The position numbers and the translations under genes were made by a program. Of a stretch of DNA of 64,000 bases, positions 1 through 9,065 are shown in pieces. How positions within the stretch are numbered: position 1 is the first letter of the stretch; each line of letters opens with the position of its first letter. The notes beneath the pieces were generated by a model. It searched no databases, had not been told where the DNA came from, and was given only the letters and a program-made list of their open reading frames with translations. The DNA is taken from IMG/VR virus record IMGVR_UViG_3300036770_004143, positions 186,001-250,000 of that record; one strand, 5' to 3'.

Positions 1-629
1 CAGGGGGAGTTTGGCACAGTTTTTGCACATAACAATACCCCTCCGGAGGGGGCAAAAATAGGGGATAATCCCCAAGCAAAACTGCCCCTACATACCCCCC
101 ATACCATAATTGCCCCTCACATAGTTAAAAAGGGCAATTATGAACTAAAATTGCCCCTCACATACTCAAAAATACTATATACTTTTCCTAGCAAAAAATA
201 ATGAGTTATGGAACAAGGTGGGGGTAGCGAATGTAATGAGCCTGTAATCCCCCATCACCACCCTTCAATTAGCCCATATATTACATATAATGAACCTTTA
301 TTGTCAATATGATATGACACATAGGTATGTCATTATCTATTGTTAGAAATCAAATATGCCCCATTACAATCATATAGTAATTTATACAACCCCCTCTGGG
401 GGTATAAAACAAATTAATACTTATGATATAGTTATAGGGTTTTAGGTGTCTATAATAGGGCAACCATTAAGCCATATGGCTTTTATTATGCCCACACCCA
501 GACCATAATCAGTAGGGGAAATAAGTTTGAACGCAGCAACCCGCCAAACAGATGCGGTAGCATCGTGTGGGGGTGGGGGGATGTGAGAAAACTTATTTCT
601 TGATATATTTATGTAATAAAACATATAGT

Positions 630-1406
630 ATGAGAAATAGATTAAATGAGCAAGTGAATAGGTTCAAACAAATAATGAATGTCATTAGTGAGAATACAAA
701 TGATAATGTTGATTTTGTTACATTAACTGGACAAGTGATAGATCAGTTAGAAGGTGGATATTACCATCCAGATATGAGGTATAGATTAAAAGGTGATTGG
801 TCTAAGTATGGTAATTCTGGTGAAACTATGTTTGGGATTGATAGATTAAGAGGTGGTTCAATCAATACAACTTCTGCTGGTAGGGAGTTCTGGACTTTAA
901 TTGATAATGCTAATGCAAAGAATACTTGGGATTGGAATTATAAAGGTGGTCAATTGGGTGATAGGTTAAAGGTATTGGCTGCACAAATGATGAAACCACA
1001 GTTTGATTTATATATGAGGAAATATCTTACACCAGAAGCACAGAAGATTGTTAATAGTAGTAAAGCATTGACATTTAATTTCATCTATGCCACTTGGAAT
1101 GGTCCAGGTTGGTTTAAGAAGTTTGCAAATAAGTTTAATGAAGATGTTAAAAAGAATTTAAGTATTGGAGAACTTGTTGGTAAAGTTCTTGAATATAGAA
1201 GAGATAGTGGTAATAGAATTATTGTTGATACTGGAAAGAAGTTAGAGAAGATATTACCAAATATTGAAAACATTAATATTTCTCCCCTATCAACAGGTTC
1301 ATCATCAGATACAGGTATTACATCAAGTGATAATAAACAACCAGGTTTTATTGATATGTTATATGATAAGTTCTTGGCTTCACAAAAGGCATCAAATAAG
1401 GCATAG
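630..1406 (+). CDS. Putative peptidoglycan hydrolase (GH108/lysozyme-like)
   Basis: LEGGY..D and ETMFGIDR motifs recall GH108-like muramidases; start moved to ATG 630, downstream of TATTTAT (606-612). Confidence 0.45.
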   Translation: MRNRLNEQVNRFKQIMNVISENTNDNVDFVTLTGQVIDQLEGGYYHPDMRYRLKGDWSKYGNSGETMFGIDRLRGGSINTTSAGREFWTLIDNANAKNTWDWNYKGGQLGDRLKVLAAQMMKPQFDLYMRKYLTPEAQKIVNSSKALTFNFIYATWNGPGWFKKFANKFNEDVKKNLSIGELVGKVLEYRRDSGNRIIVDTGKKLEKILPNIENINISPLSTGSSSDTGITSSDNKQPGFIDMLYDKFLASQKASNKA

Positions 1407-1492
1407 AATTGCATTGTGCTTAACTTTATGATATGTTTTGCTATTGGTGCTTGTCTTTTATTATAGTGTGTCTTAAATTGCCTTAAAATAAG

Positions 1493-1525
1493 AAAACCCC
1501 CATATTGTTATATATGAGGGGTTCT
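1493..1525. terminator. Probable bidirectional intrinsic terminator
   Basis: gaaaacccccatat...atatgaggggttctt hairpin between convergent genes. Confidence 0.55.
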
Positions 1526-1546
1526 TTGTTTAAATGAAAAAAGCAA

Positions 1547-1966
1547 TTAAAGAATAATAAATCCCTTGTTAATTAAATACTCCTGGTTCTCATAATGTTT
1601 CTGGATTTGTTCCTCCCTGGTTAAATTGTGATATGATACAGCTAGTTTGTTCTGAATCAATCCCTCATTAATGTTTAACCCATCCTTTGTGAATACAGTT
1701 GCCAATAATCTACCATACTTCTCACGCTTGTCAAGCACAGTCTTTATTGTAACCTTATCCCCAACCTTTAAATTATCAAACAAATACCTTGTGGCCATAA
1801 TTGCCTGTAATCTTAATAATGGATCCTCTGATGTCATCTCTGGTGTGTCCAATCCATACAACCTAATCTTGGTCTCATTCATAAACATGTAAAAACCCAA
1901 ATCAATGTCCAGGATTAAACTGTCCCCATCAATGATTCGCTTTACTGTTGCTTTGTATTCATACAT
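1547..1966 (-). CDS. Thermonuclease (SNase-like)
   Basis: IIDGDS, IRLYGLDTPE and DKREKYGRLLA motifs; start moved to MYEYKA. Confidence 0.85.
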   Translation of the reverse strand: MYEYKATVKRIIDGDSLILDIDLGFYMFMNETKIRLYGLDTPEMTSEDPLLRLQAIMATRYLFDNLKVGDKVTIKTVLDKREKYGRLLATVFTKDGLNINEGLIQNKLAVSYHNLTREEQIQKHYENQEYLINKGFIIL

Positions 1967-2026
1967 AATCTTATAGTTTATTATAAATATGTTTAGATGC
2001 AAAAGTTTGTTTTACCTATATGGTAT

Positions 2027-3121
2027 TTAGGTGCAATTTTCATGTTTCATATTAACCTTTGTGTTTAAATATTCTTTAATTTTTTTTGTAAGCCTGTCTC
2101 TACTAACTCTCACATCTTTATTTAATTCTTTATAAATTTTATAAAAACTAACACCTTCTTCATATTGTTTAGCAGCTTTAGCTATAACCAATTCATCTAA
2201 TACAAAATGTTCAAACTCAACATTGTATTTGTTTTTTAATTTTTTTCTAATCTGTGAACCACTAAACCCAGTCTTTTTTTCAATTTCTTTAATAGTTAAA
2301 CCTTTCTGGAACATTTCAAATGCTAAAAGTATATCAGATTCTAACATATAAACTTTTGATTTATATTTATTATCAATATTAAAATTCTTTTTTAATTTAC
2401 GTGTTATTTGAGCTCTACTAAATCTAGTCTTTTTTTCAATTTCACTAAAATTAAACCCATTTTGATACATTTCAAACACCAAAAGTATATCAGATTCTGA
2501 CATGTGTTCACCTTTATATCTTTTTGGTTCTAATTTATCGTATTTAATATTTGACCATAAATAACCATATGCTATTCCACCAGTTTTACATGCTCTACTT
2601 ATTAACCTATTACATAAAGGCAAACCTAACTCTTTAATTAATAAGTTTTGAGATTCAAAAGATTTAATATAATCACCATTCAAAGAATATTGATAAGTTT
2701 CAACTGATTTGTGATTTTTCTTACCTGTTTTACCAAAAAAAGGATTTTTTTCACCTTTAAAAACACCACTCAAAAGACTTCTTTCTCTAACTTTAATACA
2801 AACTTCTTGAGTATGTTTATAACCCTTTCTAACACCATCACCACCATTTGTTTGATTTTTTAAAATGAAACCTCTTTCTTTATGTAATCTTATTTCTTCT
2901 ATTTCAGCAAAATCACCTTTATCTTTTTCTACTTCACAAATAAGTGAAATTTTTAAATCATTATAACCATATTTACTAAGCCAATTATATAATTTAGTTT
3001 TTTTATTTTTTTTAGAATTATATATATGTTGTCTAAACCTAAGTTCCAATGATTTTTCTGTTTTACCAATATAAATCACATTTGGGTTATTTTCATAAAA
3101 TATTTTATATATTTTTACCAT
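2027..3121 (-). CDS. GIY-YIG homing endonuclease with NUMOD/HTH DNA-binding modules
   Basis: N-terminal KIY...YIGKT, NQTNGGDG, KGEKNPFFGK and repeated C-terminal HTH-like units. Confidence 0.85.
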   Translation of the reverse strand: MVKIYKIFYENNPNVIYIGKTEKSLELRFRQHIYNSKKNKKTKLYNWLSKYGYNDLKISLICEVEKDKGDFAEIEEIRLHKERGFILKNQTNGGDGVRKGYKHTQEVCIKVRERSLLSGVFKGEKNPFFGKTGKKNHKSVETYQYSLNGDYIKSFESQNLLIKELGLPLCNRLISRACKTGGIAYGYLWSNIKYDKLEPKRYKGEHMSESDILLVFEMYQNGFNFSEIEKKTRFSRAQITRKLKKNFNIDNKYKSKVYMLESDILLAFEMFQKGLTIKEIEKKTGFSGSQIRKKLKNKYNVEFEHFVLDELVIAKAAKQYEEGVSFYKIYKELNKDVRVSRDRLTKKIKEYLNTKVNMKHENCT

Positions 3122-3170
3122 TTTTATAGTTTTTATGTCTTTTTTAGCAACTGAAACTTAATTGTTTTTA

Positions 3171-3437
3171 CTAGTTTAAAATATAACCACCCTCTTTAAG
3201 GATCTTTACCACCTTCTTCTCAACTGTTGTGCAAATGGCTGGTTTATTTGCAATGCTACCAAACTTACCATCAGAAAAGATAATATAATATTTCTCCTTA
3301 TTGTTATCGTAGAACCTTGTAACCTGGCAATATTCATTTTTATCATTTTTGAATATACCATAACGTTTTCCAAGCAATAACATCCATAATCTTTCCATAG
3401 TCTTTTGGTTTTGTTTATTTCTCCTGCTAAGATACAA
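3171..3437 (-). CDS. Hypothetical protein
   Basis: ORF in gene-dense run. Confidence 0.5.
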   Translation of the reverse strand: MYLSRRNKQNQKTMERLWMLLLGKRYGIFKNDKNEYCQVTRFYDNNKEKYYIIFSDGKFGSIANKPAICTTVEKKVVKILKEGGYILN

Positions 3438-3460
3438 ACTTTATCCCAAATACCAAAATA

Positions 3461-3781
3461 TCATTGGGGTTTATTTATATAATCACTATATTTCTTTGTC
3501 TGGATAATAAACATTGTTTCATTCTTTATTGGATATGTCTCCACAAACCATTTGCAATAACTAAAATCCTGCTCCAATACATCAATTATCTTCTTACCCT
3601 TATGTTTGCCAAACCAGAACATATGATCACGACTTAATTTCATTGGGATATTCTTGCTTTGTATATATGTTGATGTTTTTGAATTTGGAAATGTCCTAAC
3701 AAACCAACTACAATAGTTTATATCCTTCTGGAATACATCATCAACCATCTCCCCATTGTATTTGCCAATATAAAACTTCAT
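3461..3781 (-). CDS. Protein with two (I/F)GK(Y/H)xG repeats (ExoX C-terminal-like)
   Basis: FYIGKYNG..D..YCSWF and FWFGKHKG..D..YCKWF. Confidence 0.6.
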   Translation of the reverse strand: MKFYIGKYNGEMVDDVFQKDINYCSWFVRTFPNSKTSTYIQSKNIPMKLSRDHMFWFGKHKGKKIIDVLEQDFSYCKWFVETYPIKNETMFIIQTKKYSDYINKPQ

Positions 3782-3787
3782 ATCATT

Positions 3788-4126
3788 TTATTTATACATC
3801 TCCGGATAATCATCCATTAATTGTTTTTTAATCTTGTTTCTACCCAAATTAACCAATTCATTATAATTACCACTATCTATAATCCCAACTGATAATTGTA
3901 TGAAATCAGGCTGGGGATTGCCCAAATGTTTTATCATTGTCTCAGCAATTAAATAATTTTCTGGGGCAACCCTAAATGATATATTTGGATTATAGAATTG
4001 TTCAAAATAATGATATTTCTCATCCAGTTCCCTTATATCAATCATTTGCTCAATTTTATTTTTTAAGTAAAGCTGTTTCATATTTTTATTCGTAATAAAA
4101 TTCATCCAATATAACCTTCCAATCAT
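3788..4126 (-). CDS. Hypothetical protein (true start probably downstream)
   Basis: ORF; 5' part overlaps the neighbouring gene. Confidence 0.45.
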   Translation of the reverse strand: MIGRLYWMNFITNKNMKQLYLKNKIEQMIDIRELDEKYHYFEQFYNPNISFRVAPENYLIAETMIKHLGNPQPDFIQLSVGIIDSGNYNELVNLGRNKIKKQLMDDYPEMYK

Positions 4127-4493
4127 TTATCTGCCCATCAGAATCAATGTCCATAATAATATAATCACCCCAACCATCCTTCTTTGGAGATAACATCCTG
4201 GGAACATAATCCCTAATCTTCTTTATTAACTCCATATTGCTATCAAGAAGTTTATATGTCCCATTATCACATACCTTATAATGCGTGGTTGCCCTAACCC
4301 CCTGGGTCCAGTTTACAATCTTTCCAGTATTGATGTTTATCAATGGCTTCCAACAATCCCCATCCCTACAAGGAATGTTACCATCCTTATCCTCAATCCC
4401 ATTCATTATACCATCATCCCAGCGTCTTACACCAGCCTCAACAAACAAATACTCAATGTCAAACTCTTTTGTAACTGTGAATTTTGCTTTCAT
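4086..4493 (-). CDS. Hypothetical phage protein
   Basis: GVRRWDD, HYKVCDNG and GDYIIMDI motifs; ATGA coupling with upstream gene. Confidence 0.6.
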   Translation of the reverse strand: MKAKFTVTKEFDIEYLFVEAGVRRWDDGIMNGIEDKDGNIPCRDGDCWKPLININTGKIVNWTQGVRATTHYKVCDNGTYKLLDSNMELIKKIRDYVPRMLSPKKDGWGDYIIMDIDSDGQINDWKVILDEFYYE

Positions 4494-4699
4494 AATTTAT
4501 TGTTTTTTTTAATTTGTTTTTTAATCCCGTGATTTACACTAGAAAAGGGAATTTGTCTTTGTCCTGGATCAAAAACTATAAAATCATATATATAAGAACA
4601 TTCATAATGACTTCTATGTGTGCTAATAAGATTAACTATCTTATTGTGTGTTCCATTACTATTGAATGCTAAATTAATATTTTTTTTAATATTCTTCAT
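4490..4699 (-). CDS. MKNI-family microprotein
   Basis: MKNIKK start; array 1. Confidence 0.65.
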   Translation of the reverse strand: MKNIKKNINLAFNSNGTHNKIVNLISTHRSHYECSYIYDFIVFDPGQRQIPFSSVNHGIKKQIKKNNKL

Positions 4700-4892
4700 G
4701 TTGTTTTTCTAATTCATTTTCAATCTGACTATATAGTGTAATCTTTAATATATCTCTTACACCATTAAGAGTTTTATCACTCACACTATTATATACATTG
4801 GCTTTAAGACAATCATCTGTTCTTGTTAGAGATTTAGCCAATCTAAAAAAGTTTATCTTATCACCAATACTTGTTCTAATATTTCTCATCAT
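4686..4892 (-). CDS. MKNI-family microprotein
   Basis: MRNIRT start; array 1. Confidence 0.7.
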   Translation of the reverse strand: MMRNIRTSIGDKINFFRLAKSLTRTDDCLKANVYNSVSDKTLNGVRDILKITLYSQIENELEKQHEEY

Positions 4893-5082
4893 TCCTATTT
4901 AAATTAGTATCATTCTGGTCAAGTATTGAAGCCTTGAATACTGTTCCTCTTACACCAAGAAGAGCATATTCAACAACAATATCATATAGATCAGGCCCAA
5001 CACTATTTATTGTTTTTTGGTCATATTTATCCCACCTAATGTTGTTTAGAATATAACCAATTTTTGCATTAACATTTCTCAT
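4876..5082 (-). CDS. MKNI-family microprotein
   Basis: MRNVNA start; array 1. Confidence 0.7.
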   Translation of the reverse strand: MRNVNAKIGYILNNIRWDKYDQKTINSVGPDLYDIVVEYALLGVRGTVFKASILDQNDTNLNRNDEKY

Positions 5083-5271
5083 CTATTTGTTTTTTAAATT
5101 ATCCTCAACCTGGTCAGATATTGAAATCCTTGCTATAGCACTTACACCAATAAAAGGATTAGTTATATTGCCAATTACATTTTCCATAACGTAACCATTT
5201 ATTCTTGGCCTACACTTGTACCATCTAAAAGCATTTATCTTATCAGCAATATTTCTTTTAACATTTCTCAT
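5083..5271 (-). CDS. MKNI-family microprotein
   Basis: MRNVKR start; ends QVEDNLKNK. Confidence 0.7.
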   Translation of the reverse strand: MRNVKRNIADKINAFRWYKCRPRINGYVMENVIGNITNPFIGVSAIARISISDQVEDNLKNK

Positions 5272-5463
5272 CTATTTGTTTTTTAAATTATTCTCAACCT
5301 GGTTAAATATTGAACTCCTTAATACACCGCTTGCACCATGAATAGTAACTTCAACCACATTGGTATATACGTCAATTGCAATGTAATCATCTATTTTTAT
5401 TTTATGCATACCCCGAATAAAATCAAGTATATCATCACCAATCTTTCCTCTAAAATTTATCAT
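5272..5463 (-). CDS. MKNI-family microprotein
   Basis: MINFRG start; ends QVENNLKNK. Confidence 0.7.
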   Translation of the reverse strand: MINFRGKIGDDILDFIRGMHKIKIDDYIAIDVYTNVVEVTIHGASGVLRSSIFNQVENNLKNK

Positions 5464-5705
5464 TTTTTATAAATTAAATTATTCACCAATTCCATTTTGA
5501 CAGCAGAACTAAATTCAATTTCTCTATTAACTTTACCATTTTGTGTAGAAAGGCAAATTCTAAACATATCTCTTCCACCATCAAGATTTGAATCAATTAG
5601 ATTATGATGTATATTTTCCTCAAAGCCATTTCTATTTTGTTGTTTATACATCCTTTGTATAAAAGTAATTGTAAAATCCCTAATCACCCCTTTTTTATTT
5701 CTCAT
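5460..5705 (-). CDS. MKNI-family microprotein
   Basis: MRNKKG start; array 1. Confidence 0.65.
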   Translation of the reverse strand: MRNKKGVIRDFTITFIQRMYKQQNRNGFEENIHHNLIDSNLDGGRDMFRICLSTQNGKVNREIEFSSAVKMELVNNLIYKK

Positions 5706-5913
5706 AGTTTAATTTGTTTTCAATCACATTACGTACCTCATAACCACTTTGAATTAGAAATATAATTGAAAAATTTACTTTATCTTTCATACTCTGATGA
5801 ACAGTGTTAGTTACTTTATCATTATCTCCAAGAACAACAGATGTGTTTGCTGTAAATTTATTGTGTCTTAAATAATTCATACATTCACTAACACTTGTTC
5901 TAATATTCTTCAT
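5695..5913 (-). CDS. MKNI-family microprotein
   Basis: MKNIRT start; array 1. Confidence 0.7.
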   Translation of the reverse strand: MKNIRTSVSECMNYLRHNKFTANTSVVLGDNDKVTNTVHQSMKDKVNFSIIFLIQSGYEVRNVIENKLNYEK

Positions 5914-6097
5914 AGTTTAATTTCTTTTTTAAATTATTTTCAATATGAGAATAAACCTGATCTGTTATCTGCATTTCTATATTATAAGATATCATATCCC
6001 CTATCTTACGCCAAGATTTTTGCATAGTGTGATTTGACACTATGTCTAACATTTCAGCACGTAATTTGGCTTGACCTCCAATCTTAATCTTTTTCAT
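5900..6097 (-). CDS. MKNI-family microprotein
   Basis: MKKIKI start; ends IENNLKKK. Confidence 0.7.
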   Translation of the reverse strand: MKKIKIGGQAKLRAEMLDIVSNHTMQKSWRKIGDMISYNIEMQITDQVYSHIENNLKKKLNYEEY

Positions 6098-6098
6098 A

Positions 6099-6281
6099 TT
6101 ATTTTTCTAATTTATTTTCAATCTCCTTACACACATCATAAGTAGATTCAATTTTTTTAATGTCATTAGAAATATCCCAAGTACAACCCCAGGCAACACC
6201 ATTTATACGATTAATTGTAATTACAAACATAGCAGCATCAACTCTAGTACGTAAATTAACCTTTTTACTAATATTTTTCAT
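6099..6281 (-). CDS. MKNI-family microprotein
   Basis: Start moved to MKNISK; ends IENKLEK. Confidence 0.7.
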   Translation of the reverse strand: MKNISKKVNLRTRVDAAMFVITINRINGVAWGCTWDISNDIKKIESTYDVCKEIENKLEK

Positions 6282-6489
6282 ATATTTGGGTTTTAAGACG
6301 GTCAAGAACCTGGATTATTATATCCTCTTCTATATCAAAGGATCTATCAAGAAGCTGGTATATTACATCCTCTTTTGAATTAAAAGATTTAACTGAAATA
6401 GAAGTCCCAACACAATCAAATACTTTATTTGAAATTTTGTCATGGGTATTACTAAATTTTGCTCCAATTGTGTAATGAATATTCTTCAT
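6268..6489 (-). CDS. MKNI-family microprotein
   Basis: MKNIHY start; array 1. Confidence 0.7.
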   Translation of the reverse strand: MKNIHYTIGAKFSNTHDKISNKVFDCVGTSISVKSFNSKEDVIYQLLDRSFDIEEDIIIQVLDRLKTQIYEKY

Positions 6490-6671
6490 TCTATTTGTTT
6501 TTTTACTTTTTCTACAACCTCTCTATATAAAGGTAAAGTTCTTAACCAAACTACTGAAAAAATAACATTGTTTGCACAATCATAAGTCTTGTGTTCAACA
6601 CAGTCAACTGCATTATTTAATCTTTTCCTATAGGGAAAATTAAAACTAATATCATACTTTATATTATTCAT
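6486..6671 (-). CDS. MKNI-family microprotein
   Basis: MNNIKY start; array 1. Confidence 0.7.
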   Translation of the reverse strand: MNNIKYDISFNFPYRKRLNNAVDCVEHKTYDCANNVIFSVVWLRTLPLYREVVEKVKKQIE

Positions 6672-6852
6672 TGTTGCCTATTATTAAATTATTTTCAACT
6701 TCAAGCCAGTGAACATCACTATTTTCTTTATACATTTTACTTCTTATTTTAACTTCTAAATTAGAGCATAATTTATTGGACACCCTAGCCTGTAACCTCT
6801 CCTGGAATATACTCCATATATCATCTAATTTTTTTTCAAAAATGTTCTCCAT
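6664..6852 (-). CDS. MKNI-family microprotein
   Basis: MENIFE start; array 1. Confidence 0.7.
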   Translation of the reverse strand: MENIFEKKLDDIWSIFQERLQARVSNKLCSNLEVKIRSKMYKENSDVHWLEVENNLIIGNNE

Positions 6853-7042
6853 AATTATGTTTTTTTAAATTATTTAAAGTCTGAAAATACACCTGGTTCT
6901 CTGTCTGAGCCAATATATTGAAAAATGCCTTATCCCTTATCTTATCTTCCAAAAGATAATTTACTTTCTTGGACAACTTAGCCAGTAAATGCTCCCAAAT
7001 CATATCCCATTTCTGAAAATTCTTTACACCAATGTTCTCCAT
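6836..7042 (-). CDS. MKNI-family microprotein
   Basis: MENIGV start; array 1. Confidence 0.7.
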   Translation of the reverse strand: MENIGVKNFQKWDMIWEHLLAKLSKKVNYLLEDKIRDKAFFNILAQTENQVYFQTLNNLKKHNYGEHF

Positions 7043-7044
7043 GA

Positions 7045-7227
7045 TTATTTTTTTACGTTATTTTTAATAAGTGAATAAAACTGGTGACTTACCTCAACTA
7101 GCATATTATCATAAACCCTACCCATTATATTTTGTAAACAGAAATCCATTTTCTTATATACCTTTATATTTAAAGGCGAATGTAATTTGTTAGTTATTTT
7201 CAAATCAATTTTACTAATATTTATCAT
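7045..7227 (-). CDS. MKNI-family microprotein
   Basis: MINISK start; array 1. Confidence 0.7.
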   Translation of the reverse strand: MINISKIDLKITNKLHSPLNIKVYKKMDFCLQNIMGRVYDNMLVEVSHQFYSLIKNNVKK

Positions 7228-7399
7228 ATATTGTATGTTTTACATTGTTTAAGATAGTTTTTGTGTTTTCATAAATTGAGTTTATTTTCTCATCTGTTAT
7301 TTTATTCTTTATATCCTGATCAAAAAATACTGTTTTATATGCCATCTTTTGTGTAAAAGAAACCCCCCTATCTGCCAATATGTATTTAATATTTTTCAT
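7214..7399 (-). CDS. MKNI-family microprotein
   Basis: MKNIKY start; array 1. Confidence 0.7.
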   Translation of the reverse strand: MKNIKYILADRGVSFTQKMAYKTVFFDQDIKNKITDEKINSIYENTKTILNNVKHTIYDKY

Positions 7400-7587
7400 T
7401 TATTTTTTTTTAATTTACTACCAATCACCAAACAAACTGGTAAACTTGTTTGCGTAAATAATAGTCTGTTAATAGGGCTATTACTCCTACTGGTTCTATC
7501 CCAGGCATAACCCACAACATAATCAAATAACTTATATAAGATTTTACCACGTGTTTTTATATCAATTTCATGACTAATATTCCTCAT
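7396..7587 (-). CDS. MKNI-family microprotein
   Basis: MRNISH start; array 1. Confidence 0.7.
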   Translation of the reverse strand: MRNISHEIDIKTRGKILYKLFDYVVGYAWDRTSRSNSPINRLLFTQTSLPVCLVIGSKLKKNK

Positions 7588-7798
7588 CTACGTTAATATT
7601 TAAGACCTCTATATTATTCCAGCCATTATTCAAAACATCCCAGTATATTGGGTGTTTCACTTCCATATTAAGATTACGACTAACAGCATTATTTATTATA
7701 CCACGAATATAACTAGCAACATGATAAGATATTTTATCCGAAGTGTCATTACGCTTAGTATTAACCCTATTACCAATTATAGAGTTAACCCTCTTCAT
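7574..7798 (-). CDS. MKNI-family microprotein
   Basis: MKRVNS start; array 1. Confidence 0.7.
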   Translation of the reverse strand: MKRVNSIIGNRVNTKRNDTSDKISYHVASYIRGIINNAVSRNLNMEVKHPIYWDVLNNGWNNIEVLNINVDEEY

Positions 7799-7980
7799 AA
7801 CTTTACATTTTGTTTTACTTGTTTCACTACCCTATCCCTTACTTTATTAGATACCTTATCACTTACTTTATTACATACCTTATCACTTAATTCATTACAT
7901 ACTTCATTACTTACTTTAACTCCAAAACTAATTCTCCTCTTGTACAACTTTTCATGAATCTGATTAGAAAAACTGTTCAT
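7795..7980 (-). CDS. MKNI-family microprotein with 4-residue V-x-(D/N)-K repeats
   Basis: VSNEVCNELSDKVCNKVSDKVSNKVRDRVVKQV. Confidence 0.7.
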   Translation of the reverse strand: MNSFSNQIHEKLYKRRISFGVKVSNEVCNELSDKVCNKVSDKVSNKVRDRVVKQVKQNVKL

Positions 7981-8168
7981 AACTTTACATTTAGTTTTAC
8001 TTGATTCACTCCTTGATTCATTATTTTATTGCTTATCACTCCTTCATCCCCTGCTTTAGCCCTTACTGTAAGCCTAACATTATCACTAACTTTATCCCAC
8101 GCTTCATCACCCAAACCAATTCTCATCTTATATAATGTAAAATGAATCTGATTACAAATATTTTTCAT
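7977..8168 (-). CDS. MKNI-family microprotein
   Basis: MKNICNQIH start; close paralog of 7795-7980. Confidence 0.7.
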   Translation of the reverse strand: MKNICNQIHFTLYKMRIGLGDEAWDKVSDNVRLTVRAKAGDEGVISNKIMNQGVNQVKLNVKL

Positions 8169-8497
8169 AAATTCATTTTTTCAATAAATGGATTTAGGTT
8201 ATTCCCCTGGACTTCTGGAATAAAGTATTGCACCTTATCATAATGCCAAACTTCTTTCCCAGTTATATCATCATAATAAACCTCAATTGGTTTTGTTGAA
8301 TGGGTGATTTTATGACAATAATCCAAATGAATTTGGCTGCCATCCCTAAATATAAATTGCTCATTATAATATTCAATAACTTGACAAATCTCTTCAACTT
8401 CAATCTCGGAGCAATACACATAAACCCAATCACCTATTTCAATATCCAAATCATCCACAATGATGTAATGATCTTCACTAATATTCACTAGTCGCAT
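8165..8497 (-). CDS. Hypothetical protein
   Basis: ORF; shares IEIGD..Y/CHKI motifs with 9066-9983. Confidence 0.55.
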   Translation of the reverse strand: MRLVNISEDHYIIVDDLDIEIGDWVYVYCSEIEVEEICQVIEYYNEQFIFRDGSQIHLDYCHKITHSTKPIEVYYDDITGKEVWHYDKVQYFIPEVQGNNLNPFIEKMNL

Positions 8498-8502
8498 ATT
8501 AT

Positions 8503-8730
8503 TTAGTTTTTTTGTTTGTAAGATTGACCAAATGTCCTGGGGAGAGTATTAACCAACTGCTGAATTTCATCAGGCTCTAACTCAATTGTTACCCCATTTT
8601 TAATTATAATCATTTTTAAACCTTCTGTCCAGTGAGAATATTCAAAAAGACCATCTGTATTGCATATAGAATATGAAAAAACATTGAACTCTGTTGAGGT
8701 GGGGGTAATGGTTTCATTAAGTTGTTTCAT
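8503..8730 (-). CDS. Hypothetical protein
   Basis: Start moved to MKQLNE. Confidence 0.5.
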   Translation of the reverse strand: MKQLNETITPTSTEFNVFSYSICNTDGLFEYSHWTEGLKMIIIKNGVTIELEPDEIQQLVNTLPRTFGQSYKQKN

Positions 8731-9064
8731 CTTGTTTAGTTTTTTTAAATTGATTAAACCACTCTTGTAAAATTTCCTCTGCTGATTTATTAGAATTTTG
8801 CATTGTTGAGTTAAATTCTTCTTGAAAATAAAAATGTGCAAAACTAATCAAATCTTCCTCACTATACATCTGTTCTTGTTGCCATTTCGCGCCTTTTTTA
8901 AATGCTTCTTTTGTTAGCCAATTACCAACGTTTACCCCCAAAAGGTAAGGATTGAAGTCTATATAAATATTTTTAGCAGCCTCATCAACTGTTTCTTTTT
9001 TAGGAAGACATTCTTTGTTACAAATACCTTCGCAATACATACAACCTCTAGCTATATAGTTCAT
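8717..9064 (-). CDS. Hypothetical protein (ETVxxAA...GAxWQQExMYSEE family)
   Basis: Motif shared with 9066-9983; start moved to MNYIAR. Confidence 0.55.
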   Translation of the reverse strand: MNYIARGCMYCEGICNKECLPKKETVDEAAKNIYIDFNPYLLGVNVGNWLTKEAFKKGAKWQQEQMYSEEDLISFAHFYFQEEFNSTMQNSNKSAEEILQEWFNQFKKTKQDETT

Positions 9065-9065
9065 T

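Larger units (their letters stand above)
4490..8168 (-). repeat. Tandem array 1 of 19 paralogous microprotein genes (MKNI family)
   Basis: 19 abutting or overlapping 60-81 aa ORFs starting M(K/R/I/E/N)N(I/V)-like and ending ..N(N/K)LK-like. Confidence 0.85.

Noticed and set aside
1085-1414. Antisense ORF and similar opposite-strand track ORFs (e.g. 44165-44452, 59558-59971, 61291-61881)
   Set aside because: They overlap better-supported genes on the other strand and have shadow-like composition
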